Below, piece after piece: positions 61,440 to 64,000 of a DNA stretch of 64,000 nucleotides (the stretch's first letter is position 1; the number at the start of each line of letters is the position of its first letter). Below the pieces are notes generated by a model. The model was not told the DNA's origin and did no database searches. It saw only the letters and a program-made list of their open reading frames with translations. The stretch is from a virus: IMG/VR virus record IMGVR_UViG_3300022602_000033; one strand, given 5' to 3'. The position numbers and the translations under genes were made by a program.

Positions 61440-62331
61440 AGGAGATTATCTCATCCTTGTGTCGCAATATAGCACGCTTGTTCATCATATGTATGTTGGT
61501 ATCAACTGAGTGAAGATGGAAATCACCCTGCGAAGGTTCGCTGGTAATCAGGCATCGACCATCTTTGAACTGGTGCAGCTCATCATCTTCCATGCTGAAT
61601 CGTATGTGATCAACTGGTAACGAGCTTACCGTGCCATATTCCATGAGATTGTTGGCCATGTGTATGGCAATGCTCAAAGCATAGTCGTTGCGGAAATAAC
61701 CGCTGTGCGAGAAGCGATAGAGATACTGGTAATATGCATAGTTCTCTTTGATGAAATTCATAAGGTCAAAGATCAGCTTGCTCTTTTCAGATTTACGGAA
61801 ATACACAGCAGTGGCCCAATACAAGCTGATGCTCATCTCATTGAAACGATTGTTGAATCCAAAATTGTTGACCTTGTGATCTAGGTCAATGGTCTTGCGA
61901 TTGCACATGAATTCTTCTCTGTTTCCCCATGCCAAATCCATGGTATTGTCCAACATTAGATAATCAGAATCCACAAGCACAGTCTCTTCAAATGGACTGA
62001 GATTGTAGACATTGGGTCTATTGGTATTGTTATACACGTCTGTGAAGCTGGTGTATCTAGTGTCGTGGAATCTACGAGTGGCATCAGTTGATGGCGTATC
62101 GTCTAAGATTATCCTATCAAACGCCTTGCGTATCACAGAACTGCTGTAGAAGTGGTCCATATATGCTGCAGTGTCTTCGTCTGTGATCAGTGCTACTGCG
62201 TTCTCAGCAAGATGTTTCTTGATCAGCAGGGCGTTACAGATAGCTAAACCACTATAGTCTATGTTTGAATTATTGTGAGCATATATCACGTAACCACGAG
62301 GTAATGAGAAGCCATCCGGATGCTCAATCAT
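61426..62331 (-). CDS. GT-A (GT8-like) glycosyltransferase (paralogue)
   Basis: SPFEETVLVDSD, WATAVYFRK, RNDYA and HMMNK motifs. Confidence 0.7.
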   Translation of the reverse strand: MIEHPDGFSLPRGYVIYAHNNSNIDYSGLAICNALLIKKHLAENAVALITDEDTAAYMDHFYSSSVIRKAFDRIILDDTPSTDATRRFHDTRYTSFTDVYNNTNRPNVYNLSPFEETVLVDSDYLMLDNTMDLAWGNREEFMCNRKTIDLDHKVNNFGFNNRFNEMSISLYWATAVYFRKSEKSKLIFDLMNFIKENYAYYQYLYRFSHSGYFRNDYALSIAIHMANNLMEYGTVSSLPVDHIRFSMEDDELHQFKDGRCLITSEPSQGDFHLHSVDTNIHMMNKRAILRHKDEIISYAIS

Positions 62332-62680
62332 CTACGAACTCATGGATGCTTTTGACCGACCGTGCGCTTCTCAGCTTGCTATATTCTGTGTGATAGTAAT
62401 TGGTAGCTTCAAAATACTTGCTGACTATCTCATCTAGGAATGCTGGAAGATCATTGACTTCAATTGGATTACCATTCTCATCTATCAGGACCATGGTATT
62501 ATAGTTTTTATCTACCATGAGATTGACAAACGTGATAAGCTCTTTTGTTATCCTGAAGATCCCTCCGTTCTCAGCATGGATTAACATGTTGTTAACTTTT
62601 AGCTTGAGATCTTCTTTGTTGTTAAACAGCGCTATGCGATATTTGGAAAATTCAAGAGCTTTTTCTAGTCGCTCGTCCAT
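62324..62680 (-). CDS. Phage hypothetical protein
   Basis: MDERLEKALEF...NGGIF...D.N.NP. Confidence 0.65.
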   Translation of the reverse strand: MDERLEKALEFSKYRIALFNNKEDLKLKVNNMLIHAENGGIFRITKELITFVNLMVDKNYNTMVLIDENGNPIEVNDLPAFLDEIVSKYFEATNYYHTEYSKLRSARSVKSIHEFVDD

Positions 62681-62737
62681 GTAGATCTCCAATCGTGTTA
62701 TACGATTGTGCTAGAAACTAGAAGTTTAGTCAACTTG

Positions 62738-63664
62738 TCAGAGTGGCGTAGTGGTGGTAAAGGTTGGACTTGCGATAGCCAGCACGCCGCCAGCCTTGTA
62801 TTGATTTATCGCGCTGGTCGTGGTACCATCAACGTTTCCAGTGCCACCCGATGCGTCACTGAACGTGACTGTGCAGTTAATCAAACTGCCGTTTCCACCG
62901 TTGGCACCCACATAATTGCCGCGGCTGACCTGTATGCTATAATAGATACCACTATATGGAGCATTAGCGCCATAATGTATGAAGGTCTGAACCAAAGAAT
63001 CGGTTAAACCATAATAACCAACGTTATTGGTAATAGTACCACCTGACCCTGTATAGGTTGTGGTATTAGAATCCATCTTGATAGTGCCCATGACCGAGAG
63101 CAATGCTGCCCAGGCTGCTGCGCTACCTGTGCTTCCGCCTGTGTTAGAACCACTCCAACGTATCTGTCCACCGCTGTTGAAGAAATATCTTGCTGCATTT
63201 TCACTGCCAAAATCTACTGTGAACACATGGGTTATAGTGCCGTTCCATGGTGTGCCAATGCTGCTGGTCAGCACGCTGCTCACTGTCATCTGTGTAACAT
63301 TAGCTAGCAAACGATTGGTATCGAGAGTGGCTATGTTAGTCGGTATGCTTGATTGATAGGTGATTGTGCCACCACTGGCCACAGTTGGTTGTAGTGTGAG
63401 ACCTGATCCCTGATGAGTGTTCAAAGTGCTCATGGCATTTAGCAGGTTATTCCATTGCACTGCAGTTATAGTATTACCTGCAGCAACGTCAGCTAATGTT
63501 GTAGATGTCTGTCCATATCCGCGGTCTCCATAGCCAACACCGATCAGCGCAGCTACTTTATCAGTGGCTGCACCACTAGAGGCATAAGGCGCGTTAACAG
63601 CTGTGGTACCCACAAAGCCGTTGTAGTCAGCTGCCTGTATGGTCCCACCGACACTGTAAGTCAT
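62738..63664 (-). CDS. Putative virion/tail-associated structural protein
   Basis: MTYSVGGTIQAADYN, GYGQ and ARYFFNSGG motifs; Gly/Thr/Ser-rich. Confidence 0.65.
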   Translation of the reverse strand: MTYSVGGTIQAADYNGFVGTTAVNAPYASSGAATDKVAALIGVGYGDRGYGQTSTTLADVAAGNTITAVQWNNLLNAMSTLNTHQGSGLTLQPTVASGGTITYQSSIPTNIATLDTNRLLANVTQMTVSSVLTSSIGTPWNGTITHVFTVDFGSENAARYFFNSGGQIRWSGSNTGGSTGSAAAWAALLSVMGTIKMDSNTTTYTGSGGTITNNVGYYGLTDSLVQTFIHYGANAPYSGIYYSIQVSRGNYVGANGGNGSLINCTVTFSDASGGTGNVDGTTTSAINQYKAGGVLAIASPTFTTTTPL

Positions 63665-63665
63665 A

Positions 63666-64000
63666 TCAGGCGCGTCCTATCACTATTTCAACTAAACCGA
63701 CTTCGTCAGTATGCTTGTCTGCCAAGGCGCGACCTATGATGCACAGAGGATTTTCTCCGCTGTCAGCGGCTCTGGCCACACCCTCAGTGTCGCTTGAAAC
63801 CAATCTGCAACCTTTGCCAACTGGTCCAATTACCTTGCAGGGTGTGCGTCCAAGAAGAGCAACATATGGGTGCGTGGCGTCTGTACCAGCCTTGCTGTTC
63901 ATCTGCAGTGCTGGTTTATCTGATATCACACCAAATACGAAAGTATCGCAGTCCACAGTGGTCTTGGTTATTTCAGCAGCACCGCCTAGAGTCACAACAT
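63666..64000 (-). CDS. C-terminal intramolecular-chaperone/peptidase-like domain of a tail fibre, 5'-truncated
   Basis: GVISDKPA.MN, VALLGRTPCKVIG.V.KG..LVSS and IIGRAL motifs. Confidence 0.7.
   Translation of the reverse strand, partial: VVTLGGAAEITKTTVDCDTFVFGVISDKPALQMNSKAGTDATHPYVALLGRTPCKVIGPVGKGCRLVSSDTEGVARAADSGENPLCIIGRALADKHTDEVGLVEIVIGRA

Overview
A 64-kb fragment of a large tailed (T4-like/jumbo-type) bacteriophage genome read in the standard code. It is densely coding, with many ATGA/GTGA-coupled genes, recurring TAAATA late-promoter-like boxes and TTGACR-N16-TATWVT sigma70-type promoters. Contents: (i) collagen (Gly-Pro-Thr) and fibre/structural genes (1-7888, 21816-31735, 62738-64000); (ii) a tightly coupled 7-gene operon (11281-16708, minus strand): nucleotidyltransferase, cupin, RuBisCO-like protein (form IV), GDPD-like protein, putative GT and two GT2-TPR glycosyltransferases; (iii) a dnaJ-def-clpA proteostasis operon; (iv) a 7-deazaguanine DNA-modification region (QueD paralogue of DpdL type, GT4-like glycosyltransferase, TGT/DpdA-like transglycosylase, folE, queD, queE; no queC in the window), interrupted by an HNH homing endonuclease and with a pseudoknot/riboswitch-like leader before queD; (v) rnh, MoxR-VWA, thyX, APS-kinase-like and cytidylyltransferase-like genes; (vi) a second large glycosyltransferase/methyltransferase/radical-SAM cluster (51843-62331). 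All calls come from motif recognition by eye; no database searches were run.
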